A model generated the notes under the pieces. It ran no database searches. It was not told the origin of the DNA and saw nothing but the letters and a program-made list of their open reading frames with translations. Position numbers and translations under genes: made by a program. 64,000 bases of DNA from Massalongia carnosa (taxonomy: Eukaryota), in assembly GCA_965645245.1 (NCBI GenBank), contig OZ287083.1:1240001-1304000 (forward strand), read 5' to 3'. Each line of letters starts with the position of its first letter. Within the stretch, counting starts at the first letter, position 1. Shown here piece after piece: positions 10,376 to 24,716 of the stretch.

Positions 10376-13300
10376 ATGGCTCCTTCTGAACCCCCTGATT
10401 ACATGAATGAACGTGTCTTCTGTCGAAATCGACTTCCACCGCGTGCACACTTCCTGCCCACGCATCAGTTACTGCTCTCTGGCCGCTGGAAATTTCATTA
10501 CACCGCCAGTCCACTTGCGCCAGAGCCGTCGTCAGACTTTGCTGCTGCATGGTCATTGATAGATGTTCCTGGTCATTGGCAGCTTCAAGGCTACGGCCAC
10601 CCTCATTATACTAATATCTCATACCCATTCCCGACCAATCCACCCTTTGTTCCCTCAGAAAACCCAACTGGGCTGTACGAGACGGAATTCTGCCTCCCGG
10701 TTGACTGGGTGGTCGAGGGAGGGCTGACGTATCGGCTGAGGTTTGAAGGCGTGGATAGCGCATACCACGTCTGGATTAATGGGTTGCTGGTAGGATATAG
10801 TCAAGGAAGTCGAAATGCAGCCGAATTCGACATCACAAACATCATCCCCACTGGCAAGGGAAGCAAAATCAAGGTAAGAGTGAAAGTGTATCAGTGGTCT
10901 GATGGCAGTTACATCGAAGACCAGGATATGTGGTGGCTGTCTGGTAAGTACGTGAGAGGTGGGTGCTTCTTCTTCATCTAACTCTGGGTCCCAAGGCATC
11001 TTTCGCGATGTTTGGCTCTTGGCTTTCCCTAAGGAAGGTCACATTGAAGACTTCTTTGTTCGCACCGAGCTTGACAGTGAATATCGGGATGCTAAACTTA
11101 AGATTGCTCTTGCACTCGAACTCAGATCGGCGGCATCTCTTCACTTCGATTTATGTGATGCCAGCGGACAAAGCATGGCCTCGGCGAGTGATCAAGAATG
11201 CGGGCGAAATGCAACCAAACATGAATGCGTACTTGACATTACCAATCCTTTGAAATGGACTGCAGAGCATCCAAATCTATATTATCTTAGCGTAACTTTG
11301 CTACTTCACGGCCAAAAGCTGCAGAACATAAATCAGCAGGTAGGTTTCAGGAAAATTGAGTTGCAATCCGGCCATATCCAAGTGAATGGCCGCCAAATTC
11401 TTTTCAAAGGGGTCAACCATCATGAGCATCATCCTCGGTTTGGACGTGCTGTGCCTCTGGAATTCCTTAGAAAGGACCTTTTAACAATGAAGCAACACAA
11501 CATCAACGCCCTTCGTTGCTCTCACTATCCACAAGACCATCGACTCCTCACCCTAGCAAATGAACTCGGTCTTTACGTGATTGATGAAGCGGATCTAGAG
11601 TGCCACGGCATTGGCGTGGCGTACGACAAACTACCATCCGACGATCCGGCTTGGAAAGAAGCCTATGTAGACAGGATGCAGCAGCTGGTTCATCGAGACA
11701 AAAACCAACCTAGCGTAATCATGTGGAGTTTGGGAAACGAGTCTTTCTTTGGCCAAAACCATATCGCCATGTATGATTGGGCCAAAGAGTACGACCCGAC
11801 CCGTCTCATTCAATATGAAGGGGATCATTCAGGGCGGGTTTCTGATGTATATAGTTACATGTACCTTTCTCTATCGGACCTTATCTCCTTAGCAACGAAA
11901 GAGGGAACAAAGTATGACAAGCCGGTGATACTACAAGAATATGGCCATTCAATGGGGAACGGTCCAGGTGGCTTAAAGGAATACAAAGAATTGTTTCAAA
12001 AATATCCCCGGCTTCAAGGCGGTTTTATCTGGGAATGGGCTAATCATGGGCTTCTGAAGGAGATCAAGGATGAACCGGGGAAGTTCTTTTATGCTTATGG
12101 GGGAGACTATGGCGATATACCTAACGATGGAAATTTTGTCATGGATGGACTTTGTGATTCAGAACATCGTCCTGGGCCGGGTTTGGCGCAACTCAAACAA
12201 ATATTCCAGCCAATCTCAGTCATGATGAATGGGCCAAATATTCAGATAAACAATCTATACGATTTTCTCTCTTTGGATGACATAGAAATGCAGTGGACCA
12301 TTTCTCGCTTCTCGCATGAGTCTGCCTGTCTCTCCAGGTATCAATGTGCTGACTAGTCTCCAGCGATCAAGACGAATGTGTCGAATCCGGAAAAGTTGCG
12401 CTTCCCTACACTAAACCTGGCTCCGAGGTTGTGATGCATCTACCTAGAAGCAACTCGAAGCCCAAACTCCTACCCAACGTAGAGACGTGGCTGCATCTTT
12501 TGTTTCGCCACCGAACGAAGGTTCTCTGGGCTGGACCGGACCATGATCTCGCATGGGCGCAGTTCCGTCTTGATGAGCAGATCACCGCCCCAAACCTACC
12601 ACTCACAAAAAGCCTGCAATTTCCTAGAATACAGCAAGGAAGCAATTTGTTGAGAATCATCACGCCAACCTTTACCATGACGTTTGATCAGGTTCGCGCC
12701 AAGCTTCTAGAATGGAGTTGCAAGAACCACGACATGATTGCCAAAAACGGAGGTCCTGATTTAACTTTCTGGCGCGCACCCACCGACAACGACCGGCCTC
12801 GCGACGCTGTCATGTGGAAGAACTACGGTCTTGATCGCATGACGCAGCAAGTCCGCTCCGTCAAACATCATGTAAACGACTCGGGCGCGCTGGAGATCCA
12901 CGTAGAGTCTTGGATTGCGCCGCCAGTGCTGGCGTGGGGGTTTCAAACAAGCACGACGTACACGATCTACGGCGATGGCGACATTCGCATCCACGTACGC
13001 ACGTATCCGAAGGGGGATCTACCAGACACATTACCTAGGATCGGGTTGGAAATGCTCCTACCACCCGACCGCAACGTGGCGCACTGGTTTGGGCTAGGGC
13101 CGGGGCAGAGCTATCGGGATATGAAAGAAGCGGCGAAAGTTGGGGTGTGGAGACGTGGCGTAGAGGACATGATGGTTCCGTTTGAGATGCCGCAGGAGAA
13201 CGGAAACCGCACGGAGACAAGATGGGTCAAAGCAGTCAATGAGCGGGGGATCGGCGTCAAGGCGATTCTGTATCGAGATAGTTCGAACAAGGCGTCCACG

Positions 13301-13654
13301 CCGCACTCGTTCGAGGAAACTCCTGGCCAAGAAGCATCCACTCAACCACAGCCGTCCTCCTCAGCCTCGCCCCCCTTCACCCCATCTCCCCAAGAGCACA
13401 ATCGCAAGCACCAAAAATCCGGCTTCGACTTCGCCCTCTCCACCCACTCCGCCCTCGCCCTTGAGCGCGCCCAGCACCCGCACGAGCTCCCCCGCAGCAG
13501 CACCGTCAGCAGCGAGCCGCTCGTGTTCCGCATCGACGAGGATCACCACGGCCTAGGAACCGCGTCGTGCGGGCCGGATGCGTGGGAGTGGCATCGGCTG
13601 TGGACGCCCAAAAGGGTGGAGTTCTGGGTTGATTTAAGGGCCGTGGGGGTGTAG
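10376..13654 (+). CDS. Glycoside hydrolase family 2 beta-galactosidase (LacZ/Lac4 type)
   Basis: [54 protein letters not shown] (acid/base), QEYGHSMGNGPGG (nucleophile), QGGFIWEW, FWRAPTDND, GLGTASCGP; introns at about 10944-10995 and 12320-12364. Confidence 0.95.
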
Positions 13655-14662
13655 GAATGACGGAGGAGGTTATTCAAGCATGTTAGGTTGATTTGAGGGG
13701 TTTCAAGGTAGCCGATCTTGGTTAGTTTGCTTACTTGACGGTCGAACTCCCTTGTGATCTTTCGTTTAGCGTTCATCTGAATTCCAATACATATTTATAT
13801 ATCCGTCCTTACCGATCTCTCGAAAGAAATTAAAAAACATAAAAAACTCCCTGCGCGCTCGAACCTGCTGCCTCATACTCGAGTCCCCAGATCTCATCAC
13901 CCACCTTTCAGGTCTAGTTTTTTTTTGGCTTCTTCTTTCTTCATTCTTCCTCTTTTTCTCCTTTTTTTCATTCTTATTATATTTTGGACTTCTTTGGAGG
14001 GAGGGGGACGAAGCACAAGCGAGAGAAATTCTCAAATTCGAATGAATGAAGTCAGGCGCACCTACTACGCACAGCATACCAGTATATACAAGAGAGAGAG
14101 GCGATATCCTAAAAAATAAATAAAGAAATGCGAAAGATCGGGTTTAGTTCGGTTTGATCATTTTTTAATTTTTATTTTTCGTTTTTGATTATTGGTTTTA
14201 AATCACCTATCCCTCCCACCCGCTCTCGAATTCTCCCCTTTTCTTTTTTTTTCTCTTCCATTCATCTAAATTACCCATTCCCCATTCCTTGCCATTTTTC
14301 ATTTTTGAGGGGAAGAAAAAAAAAACCGGATCTTCGCCTCTCTTTTTAACCCCCCCCCCTTTCCTTTGTCTTTCTCCCTCTTTCCCAACCCCGACTTCAT
14401 CGCGTCGTCGAAATTGTTTTTTTAATTGTTATATTTAGTTTATTCATTCGTTTAGCAATGTTTCGGTCCGATCCGATTTTGACCAGAGAGAATGGCTGTC
14501 GTGTCCCTTTATGTTTATTTTTTCTCCTATTGGGGGGGGTTTGTTTCAAATTTGAGAAAATCCCCCCTCCCTTTTCTACGTCCCACCTCCAAAGCCTATT
14601 CTCCCATTTAAATCTGTGGCGCTTTTCGCACGCCATTTTCCAAGCAAGGGATCTTTGTTGAT

Positions 14663-14695
14663 TTCTTCTTCTTCTTCTTCTTCTTCTTCTTCTTC
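14663..14695. repeat. (TTC)n microsatellite within a homopolymer-rich intergenic region
   Basis: About 11 tandem TTC units; nearby A, C and G runs, e.g. poly-A at 15072-15090. Confidence 0.9.
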
Positions 14696-15722
14696 GTTCT
14701 TTTATCAAGTTTAATCTATCCGGTTCGGGTGTTTTGGGGAAATGGGAACGAGGATAGGAATAGGAAGCGAGAGAGTATGTAACCCCTCTTCCTCGTCTTC
14801 ATCGTCCGACTTATCCCACCATAGAGTTAATTCCTTGCCTACCTATCTATCTATCTACTTACTTACCCGACAATGCAAGAAGCAATTGAATCAGTCAATC
14901 GCTCAATGGATCAGTCCCGCTCGTCACATAACCCTATAACTATAGACCCATACAACCACAGAACCATTAACCCCCCCCCTTCCCTTCCCCCTTCACTCTC
15001 CCATTCAATTACCCGCTCACCCACCAACCCATCCAACCCATCCCGAAAGTCGCGAGAAGTCGGCTTTTTGTAAAAAAAAAAAAAAAAAAAGACGACGAGG
15101 GGGAAGGGCAAAGGAAATAAGGATCCGTTTATTCACGCATATTGAATGTGATGTCCGAGGTCTGAGGTCTGAACGGTACGCTTTAGCCATCAAGGTCTCC
15201 ATCTCCCGGTTATACATGATACAACCACAGCCTAGAGCAGGAAGGAACATGTACGTATGCAGAAAACTTTCCTGGTTCGAATTCTGGAACCAAGGATGTT
15301 CTCGTACAGGAATGGATTCATATCAACAAGCGCTGCTATTCTCGTCGATTGATTGAATGACCACCCCCCTCCCCTTTTCCCTACGCCGTCACTGGACTCC
15401 ACGCTGTAGATACAACCCTTCTCCTCGCTTCGTAGAATACATTCAGAACCCAACCTCGATGAACGCCGCCAATGTGATGAAATCGCTCCGGGGAAAAAAA
15501 AGACGGGTGTATCGTGTACGGGGCTGTTTTGGGGAAATTGAAATGCGTAGCATGCATAAATAGCGTTGGCGTTAGAAAAACATGAGGACATGAAAACGGT
15601 TAAAGAGGTACCTAATTCCAATGGGATCGGGAGTCTAACGCTCGTTGCGTGCTAGTTGCTGATGTAGGCCTTGTGGTTAATAGAAATCCTTATATCCTAG
15701 CAATTCTGGCTCGCCGCTGCGA

Positions 15723-17997
15723 TCAAGATCGAAGACTTATAATGGCAATCTTATGCATCATACGTTAACAAGTAGCCGTGAGCGAAAAAAAGGGAAGGCG
15801 TTCAACTCGGTAGGAGATTGAACAAGCATACCTGATTTCCCAGTCCGTAAGCCAGTTTCCTCCCATCGGAGTTCCAGCTGAGCGAATGCGTCGAACCCTC
15901 CTCCTCTTCCCCAATTCCACTATCTTGATCCACGCCATTCGGCAAACCCTGCCATTTCCCCATCTCCCCCTTCCAGCTCGCCTTCGGCATCCCGCCTGCT
16001 TCAGCGTTCCAGATCAGGATTCGGTTCCAACCTGCTGCGGCCATCAGGAAACCGTCCGGAGTGAAGCTAATAGCCATGGCAGGTGCAGAGCGGCCGAGGC
16101 TTAGGACATGAATCGTCGAAAAGGGGTTTTTCGCATCCCAGACCTTAATGCTGCCATCAAGTGAAGAAGTTACCAACAGGCGGCATGCGGAGAGTGAGTA
16201 CGAAGCATCAACGATGCCGGGTTGGAAAGCTAGCGCAGTTATTTCCGCATCATGTGCCTTAGTGACATGGAACACGCCTGCGGAGTCAAAAATACCAAGC
16301 CTTGCCGACTCTTCGGCAGCAAAAGCCGTTATGTTCGTATCAGGGTCGTAACGCAGGATCGTCCATCTGTCCCAATCCACATGACGCTTCTGAAAGCCAG
16401 TGATGGCTTTGCCATCAAGATCCAGCTGAGCAACTATTTCGTGCCCGCACACCAATATTCTATCGTCATCACACCACGCTGCATCGATGACGACATGGTC
16501 CAGCTGGAACGTGGGCAACACTTCTGCGGAGCGTGTATCCCAAATCACTAAGGCACTCGTGCTTCTTCCCGACGATGTGATGCCTAGTAGATACGTACCC
16601 GACGGACTCCATCGGAACAACAACACCATATCGTGCGCGGCAGGGAGATCATCTATCGCTTTCCCGCTCTTGGCCCATAGCGACACAACCCCGGTCCATT
16701 CGGAGATGGGACTTCGAGTAGCCACGGCAAGCGTATTGCCATCGGGAGCCCATGCCATCGCTGTCACAAAGGCATCGTCAGCGGAATCTAGTATATCGAT
16801 GTATTGGGGTTGATTCAGATTAGGGCTATTCCTTGTCGCTTCATTTGTCCAAATGCGGCATAGCGCATCACCCGCAGTCGCCAAGACGGCATCTCGCGGG
16901 TTCCAGGCTGTGTGTAACACGTTTTTATTCGGTACAGTTAGAGTGATCGTTTCGGGGTCTAGTGCCACAACCTTGTCGCTCTGCACACCCACGCTCGCCC
17001 CATTCGTCAGGGTCAGGGTCATGCGAGCAGGCTCGTCATGCTGCTGCTGCTCCTCCTGCTGCTCGTTGTGGTTATCGTTCCTATGCGGTGGATTAGGCCC
17101 TGACGCATCGTTCTCATCATCACCATTATCATCATCATCATCATCATCTTCATCATCAATGTCCATGCCAGTCCCGTCGGCGGCAGTTTGACTTTGACTT
17201 TCTCCTGCCGGTGAAGTCATTTGGGATGTTGGCTCCTCCGTCCGCGAATAACCATTTCTGTTCGAGGTGACAGAATTGACATGAGGGTTCACATGTGAGT
17301 TCGTGGTTAGTTCGTAGTCCATCTGGTCGTTTCCTCTGCCATCGCCGTTGGTGGCTTCGGTTCCAATGCTTCGGCGACTTCGCTTTGCGGCGGGTGCTGG
17401 ATTAGGGAGATCCAACAACGAACCGTTTGCTGCGCTCTCACGACCATGTTTGCGGGTTCGTGGGGAAATTCGCGATGCACTGGCATTGTCTTCCTCGCTA
17501 GGATCGGCGTTGGGTGACGATGTTGCGCGGTCCGACAGAGGTCCAAAAAACCAATTTGAATTCGATGGGGACGATTGTGCGCCATTCTAGTGCATTTGAG
17601 CGAATTGTTCCCAGTTCGTTAGTACCATGCGACATACCTGGGTAATGGATTGTTCAATGTCATAAAATTGAAGGCCTTTTTGCACCAAAGCCACCAATGC
17701 ATGAGTTTTGATATGCTGCGCAAACGGTAGACTTTGTGGGTCAGAAATCCAATCACGTTGCAGTTTGACGGCTGCCTCGCCATGACCTAAAATCAATGGT
17801 TAATTATGACCATCTGTCGTCCACCTTTGCGTTGCTTGGTTGATCCTACCTGATTCCTGTAAATATCTTTTACCACATCTCGCAATTAGCGACCACAATT
17901 CTTCGTTCCCATATTTAGTACTCGACAATTAATGTTTCACGACTTACCGCCATATTAAATAATTGACGTGATTCGAAGTCAGCACTCCAGCAGACAT
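15723..17997 (-). CDS. SIF2: LisH + WD40 protein, SIF2/TBL1 (SET3C/NCoR HDAC complex subunit)
   Basis: Spliced N-terminus MSAGVLTSNHVNYLIWRYLQESGH, HALVALVQKGLQF (LisH region), acidic linker, WD40 repeats (AWNPRD, LVTSSLDGSIKVWD), final exon IAIISLRS*. Confidence 0.85.
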
Positions 17998-19035
17998 GGT
18001 GAGGTCTGATCAGTCGCAAACAGGCAGGCACAGTACAACGGATCTCTGGCCTCGACGATGTGTGGATTTGACGGTGTGGCGGATGGAAGTGGAAAAGGTG
18101 GAAGTGTGTAGGACGAAGATGAGGACGAGCCGACAGCGATACAAGTGTAAGGCACTGCAATTAGTAGCTTGAATCATGTGGACCAGTTAGAGCGTGGGAA
18201 ATTCGATGAAATCGAAGCGTCTAGGACTAAACTAGTGCCCGACAGGCTGCAAATGATGCGCGGATGGCGCCCTATCGATGCACGGGTGTGATGAATGCCG
18301 TAGAAATAGAATGGCTTTCGATTGGAACCGGCAAGAGATACCAGTCCGGCCCAAGGGAGAAGACGATGGAGATGGTGTTCAGGCCGTGCCGTTTATCCCC
18401 ACTCTTGAAATGATTGTTGGGGGGGGAGGGTAGGTAAGCTTCTTGAAGGCGTGAAGAAAAGTTTGTATAGAGCAGGCGTGCGACGACGAGTGTAATAATT
18501 GATGGAGAGGGGGGATGTCCACTGTTTGCATGTGTTGCATGTGTTGCATGCGATGCATGTACTCTGTACGGTACAGAGGTACGGAGTACGGAGTTCTCCG
18601 CCGAAGAGACAGAGTTTAGCGTCTAGGGCCATTTTGAGATCCGGATAAAGGAAAGACCTGTCCCGAACTTCGAGATCTGCAAGGAAGAGGGACAAGGGAA
18701 GAGGTGGAAGGTTTGGACCGGGGTGATGGGGTTGATTGATTGGCGGATTGCCTGATCGGTTGATTGGTTGAGATCTGGGAGGGTTCGCATCTAGCGTTTC
18801 GCTTAAGGGGTCCCCACCCAAGAAAGTCAGGAACACATTGCCGCTGGACGGTCTCGTGACAAGCCTTAGGAGGTTGAAAGGTTGACAACTCAACGCTGTA
18901 AATGCTAACAGCTCGCCGTAATCAGTACGTTAGTGCAGAATCCAGTATCCAGAATCCAGAATACCGGAGCACTACAGATCAGATCATACTCTGTACAGTA
19001 TACATGCCTATTCTTTCCCCATTGTTCTTCTCACG

Positions 19036-20140
19036 ATGCAGCTGCGACTGAACATTCCTCCTCTGACCCGCATCCTGCTGGTCCTGCTGGTCGGAATCTT
19101 TGCGCTTCACCAGGTTCTTTGGCTGAATGGGTGGTCGGATTTCCTGGAGTTGGTGCCACAATGGGCGTTGATTCACCCATGGGTGTATTTCACAGCGACC
19201 TTTGCGGAGCAAAATGTCATCACTTTACTGATCGCTGGTGGGACAGTTGTGTACGGTGGAAGGTATCTGGAACGAGCATGGGAATCAAGGGAATTTGGGA
19301 AATTCGTCCTTTTGGTTACTTTGTTACCGAACTTTGTCGCATCACTTCTCTTCGTTCTATGGTTTGCTATCACGCGAGACGATGAGTCGGCGTACGTTCA
19401 AGATTCTCTTTCACCACAGCTTATTGCATATCACAAACTAATGCTCCTCTAGCTGGACTATCATCCGAGGCTCTGTAGCGCTGCAAGCGGCGTTTTTGGT
19501 CGCATTCAAACAGTTGGTGCCGGAACATACTGTCACTATTCTAAAGGGACTCGTCAAGGTCCGAGTTAAACATTTCCCCGCCGTTTTTCTAGTGGCCAAC
19601 ACAATATCCGGCGTGCTTTTTGGGACCGACACTGCTCTCGTACTGGCCTGGCTTGGTTTTCTTACGAGTTGGACATATTTGAGGTTCTATAAGACCCAAA
19701 CAGATCTTTCCAGCGCCAGCACGGGCGGAGCCAAAATACGTGGCGACGCTTCAGAGACCTTCGCATTTGCATACTTCTGGCCTGATGTTGTGCAGCCACC
19801 GATCGCAGCCGTTGCAGACAGCATCTATAATGCTCTGCTTGCCTTACACATATGTACACCATTCTCCGCAGAGGATGTTGAGTCTAGCACCGAACAGGCT
19901 GCTGCACGACGCGATGGGGGGCTGCCTAACCTACTCAACCGAGAAAGTAGGCATGGAGGGGCCGGGAAATGGGAGGAAGCCGAGCGAAGAAGGGCCTTGG
20001 CCTTGAAAGTGCTCGATCAACGGCTACATGAAGCGTCTACAAACAGGCAACAATCGTCCAACTTCCATCCTCCAGGACCTACTCCCAAAGAAACACAACC
20101 CTCCATCACCGAAGCAATCCCGGAAGCTAGCGCGGCATAA
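19036..20140 (+). CDS. DUF1751 / TMEM115-like Golgi membrane protein (rhomboid-like)
   Basis: PWVYFTATFAEQN, GRYLERAWESREF, FLVAFKQLVPEHTV, SWTYLRFYK, RGDASETFAF, EAERRRALALKVLDQRL; one intron at about 19391-19452. Confidence 0.9.
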
Positions 20141-20743
20141 GATTAGGTGAGTCTCCCCTATATTGCAGACGTCGACGCTCTGGTGCTGAGCCCGGCCTAT
20201 ATCTCACATAATGAGGAAAGCAGACCGGGGCACTGAGCGAGCATGATTTAAGATACACTGAGAATCTGGTCCTGCTGGGCAAAAGTTGGCCTGCAGCGGG
20301 GAGTAATGGACAGGCTAAGAAATGGGCCGTGCTGCTCTGTACTACAGCTTCCTCCCGAAAAAACGCTGAAGCGTAGAGATGCAAAGAGCCCATTCTCTGC
20401 TAAGATCAGCTTTTGGAAATTGATCAATTGGTGAAGTCAAAATTCTAGATATCCTTCTGTATAAATAGCATTTACGCAATAATTACACAAGAAAGCTAAA
20501 AATAAGTCGTTCGATCCATGCCGAAATCCGAGAGCACGGACCCAGGCAAGAGACAGCCACGTGATAGCTTAACGTCCGCGTATCCGTATTCGGTAAACTC
20601 TCGGGAAGAAAACAGGCCGTTACTCGCTATCGATTAACAAATACACATTCAAAAGAAAAGTCGTCTTAACCACTTGAATCGGCCATTGCGCATCGCGACA
20701 GAAACTAGAATAGGAACATGCGCAAGACGTTCAACTTTCCAAG

Positions 20744-23700
20744 ATGTCTCTAGATGAAAAACTTGATAAGATTCGATCGCCGAAGCTCCAAAACCAACGA
20801 GAGGTGTGTGGTAAGCCACCACAATTCCAGGGTACAATACTAACTCAGTGTAGACGGCAGTTGTTCTTTCGGCCGTTGAGGACACCCTCAAGGAGCAGCA
20901 ATATGGTACAACGCCTACAGCTTATTTAGCTGCTCTTTTGGCATTGCTTAGCCAATCTGTTTCTTCGAGTGGGACAGTGAACAAAGAGTTGGCAACCTCG
21001 GTGGTGTACCTCCTAGATCTGGTCACTCCCTATGTTCCTGCGCCTCTCCTTCGAAACAAATTCACCCAGATTCTCACAAGTGTTGCGCCTGTGCTGACGA
21101 ATAATGACGTTGAAGCTCCGCTGATAAGATCCTCAATTGGATGCCTGGAATCACTTCTCGTAGCCCAGGATTCTGCAGGTTGGGTGCTGGGTCCAGCTGA
21201 GATTGGCCCTCGAAGAGCCTTAGCAGGGCTGCTTGTACTCGCGTCGGACCACAGACCAAAAGTGCGGAAACGGGCACAAGATGCAATTACACACATACTG
21301 AAATCACCACCTCCAAGCCCTTCCTTGGACCATCCGGCAGCCGACATGTGCGCAGAAACGGCAATGCGGAATTTAAATGATATCATAACCGCAAACGGGA
21401 AGCAAAAAAAGAAAGGGAGGAGTCAGGCGCAAGAGGAACAACATCAGCCGGGTCTAATGCATGCATTGCAAGCAGTCAAGACCATTGCGGCAGCGTCCGG
21501 GGGTTGGCCAAGTAAGAAAATTGAAGCGCTATGTCAGATACTCATGAAAATTTCGAAGTCGAACAATGAATACCTTATAATGGCTGCATTTGAGATCTTT
21601 GAGATTATGTTTGAAGGGATGGCGAATGAATTCTCATCTTCGAAATTGCCCCGGTTGATGGAGGCTATCACTGAATTACGCCCATCACAGAACGATTCAC
21701 AACTGCTTCCTCCATGGATTGCTGTCATATCGAGAGGATATGACGTTTCGGCACAGATATACCCCGAGGAGACTTTTCTTAAGCTTCCAGAACTGTTCGA
21801 GATGATATCCGGTTTCCTTACCTCCTCATCTCACAACATACGACTTTCTGCTTCGGAGTGTCTCATTTCCTTTCTAGTGAATTGCGTACCAAACAGCGCC
21901 ATTCTTGACCCATCAATATTTGACGAAAAGACGCTTGATAAGCTAGCCCAAATAGGAGCGTCTTTACTCAACGCAAAATACCAAGTAGCTTGGATGGAAG
22001 TATTCGGCGTAGTATCTGCTCTCTTTGAATCGTTCAAATGGAGATCCGTGGCTCGAATGAACGAGATTGTGAGCGTTGTCGGGGAACTTCGGGGCAATGA
22101 TTCGTTCCAGGGTAAAAAGGAAGCCGACGTTGTTCTTGGTAAAGCTGTCGAAGCAATGGGCCCAGAAGTGGTTTTAAACATCTTACCTCTCAATCTGGCG
22201 AAGCCTAAAGTTGGTCAGCCCGGGAGGGCATGGCTTTTGCCAATCTTGCGAGATCATGTAATAAACACCGACCTTGCTCATTTCAGATCCGAGTTTGTTC
22301 CGCTGAGCGAAGCTATGTTTCAGAGAGTGAGCGAAAATGGTCCTACCGAGAAGACCATGGAGATCAAGATTTTCGAGACTCTGGTCCAGCAGATATGGGC
22401 CCTTTTGCCAGGATATTGCAATCTACCCCTTGATTTGTCTTCTGCGTTTGATCAAAGCTTCGCAGAATTACTGGCCAATCTGCTTTACAAACAAACGGAC
22501 CTGCGATCAGATATCTGTCGTGCCTTGCAAATCATGGTAGAGTCGAATCAGCAGGTCCTTGCCGCAGACAGCCCTGACCAAGACTTGTTCCTACAACGAC
22601 GTGTTTCAAAAGAGGCTGCAAAACAGAATATAGATCACCTGTCAAAATTTACAGGAAATTTTTTGGCTGTATTATTCAATGTCTACAGCGAGACGCTTCC
22701 ACAATATAGGGGTTATATTCTGCAGTGCATTAATGCTTATCTGAGCATTACTCCCGAGCAGGTAGTTATATCTTTATATTTAAAACGAAAGACGAATGCT
22801 TAACAGTTCAACAGGAATTGCTAGAGACATTCACTCGAGTTAGCGCGATGCTTGAATCCGCCCTTACCGAATCAACATCGCAGTCCCAAGCCGACAAGCA
22901 AAAACAGAAACAGTCCAAAACAGTCACGATGCCCTCAACAACCCATACCTTAATGGATCTCGTCATCACAATTTCTATCTATCTCCCACGTTCTACCTTT
23001 CCCGCTCTTTTTTCCCTCGCCGCCCTCATCCTCCCTCTTTCCGCAGATCCTCAACTTCAAAAGAAAGCATATAAGCTTCTCCCACGTCTCGCAACCTCCC
23101 AAACCGGCATTCTCGCACTCCAAGACCGCAACCTCGAGCTTCAATCCCTCCTCCTGACTACCGCATCTACCGCATCCGCCCCTTGCCGCCGCGACCGCCT
23201 CGCCGCCATCGCCGTCGTTACTGAGTACCTCCCCCCATCAGCTTTACACTTTATCCCCTCCATCCTCTCCGAGGTTGTAATTTCTGCCAAAGAAGTTAAT
23301 GAGAAAGCTCGTGCCGCCGCTTTCGATCTTCTTGTACTAATGGCCCATAAAATGCACCAGGGAGGCACCATCGCTCAGTCCCAAATCCCCCACATGCCAC
23401 CGGATGCGCCTAATGCAGAAGCCTCTCTAGAGGAATTCTTCACCATTATCTCCGCCGGTCTAGTCGGCTCCTCTCCACATATGGTCTCAGCGAGCATCAC
23501 AGCCCTGACGCGCATTCTATACGAGTACCATGCGCAGCTGCGGCTCGCTGTGGTGGAAGACCTTGTGACGACCATGGCTCTCTTCCTTACGTCCGCAAAC
23601 CGTGAGATCGTCCGTAGTGTTCTCGGCTTCGTCAAAGTTGCCATCATCACTCTCCCCGAAGCAATTGTGAAACCACGGCTCGAATCCTTGGTCCCAGGGC

Positions 23701-24716
23701 TCATGGCATGGTCTCGGGAGCACAAAGCCCAGTTTCGCGCCAAGATCAAACACATTATTGAGCGGATGATTCGCCGTTTCGGCTTCGAGCAAGTGGACCG
23801 GTATTGCCCCGAAGATGATCGGAAATTCATCAACAACATCCGCAAAACCAAGGAACGGCGCAAGCGCCAAAAAGCCACTGCTGATGACGAGAACGACCAT
23901 GATCGTGACGGCGACGGCGACGGCGACGGCGACGAAGCGCCACCTTCAAAGCGAAAAAGCCGCTTCGAGAGCGAATACGATCAAGCTATCTACGGCAGCG
24001 ACTCCGAAGACGACGATGCCACCGCCGACGATCGTTCCAACAGTGACGACCACCGCGAAAGCCGCACGCGCACTGGCCGTCGCTCGGGCGCGAAGACATA
24101 CATCGTCGAGGACTCGGATGAGCCCCTTGACCTGCTGGACCGCAAAGCCTTGGCGCACATCTCATCTTCCAAGCCGGTGCGCACACCACGGGCGTCCTCA
24201 ACGCGGAAGGCGGCGAGGGTGAATGTTGATGGAAAGCTTGTTTTTGGGGGAGGCGCTAACGATGGTGACGGTGATGGTGGTGATGATGAGGGAGGCGGGG
24301 ATCCCATGGTCGTAGATACCGATGCTAGAGGCGGAGTGGGGGCGTATGTAGATGCCATTCGGGGCCGGGACGCCGTGCGGAGGGGGAGAGGGGGCCGGCT
24401 GAAGTTTAGCAACAAACGGGAGAGGAACGCTGAGGGCGAGATGAATGATGATGGCGGCGGTGGCGGTGGCGGCGGCGGCGGCGGCGGTGGTAGTGGGGGC
24501 AAGACAAGAGGTCTGGAGAAGAGCGGTCGGGACGGCGCGAAGAGGGGTGGTCGGGATGGGGGAAGGGCGGCCAGGAGCGGGAAAGGGACTATTTTGTCGC
24601 GGAAGGGGGGGGGGGTCAACGCGCAGAAGGCGCAGAGGAGGGGGCTGGGGGTTGGGAAAGTGGGCGGCGGGGGCGTTGAGAAGGGGGGGAGGGCGGGAGC
24701 GAGGGGGAGGCGCTAG
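20744..24716 (+). CDS. RRP12: Ribosomal RNA-processing protein 12 (HEAT / NUC173)
   Basis: DHRPKVRKRAQ, AMGPEVVLNILPLN, GRAWLLPILRD, QIWALLPGYC, LQKKAYKLL, KEVNEKAR, NREIVRSVLGFVK, DEPLDLLD; Gly/Arg tail; two introns. Confidence 0.95.

Noticed and set aside
10376..13654. LacZ-like gene as a recent bacterial transfer
   Set aside because: It has spliceosomal introns, and GH2 beta-galactosidases are established in fungi.
13766..15621. ORFs with poly-Arg, poly-Phe or poly-Ser
   Set aside because: Translations of microsatellites and homopolymers in intergenic DNA.
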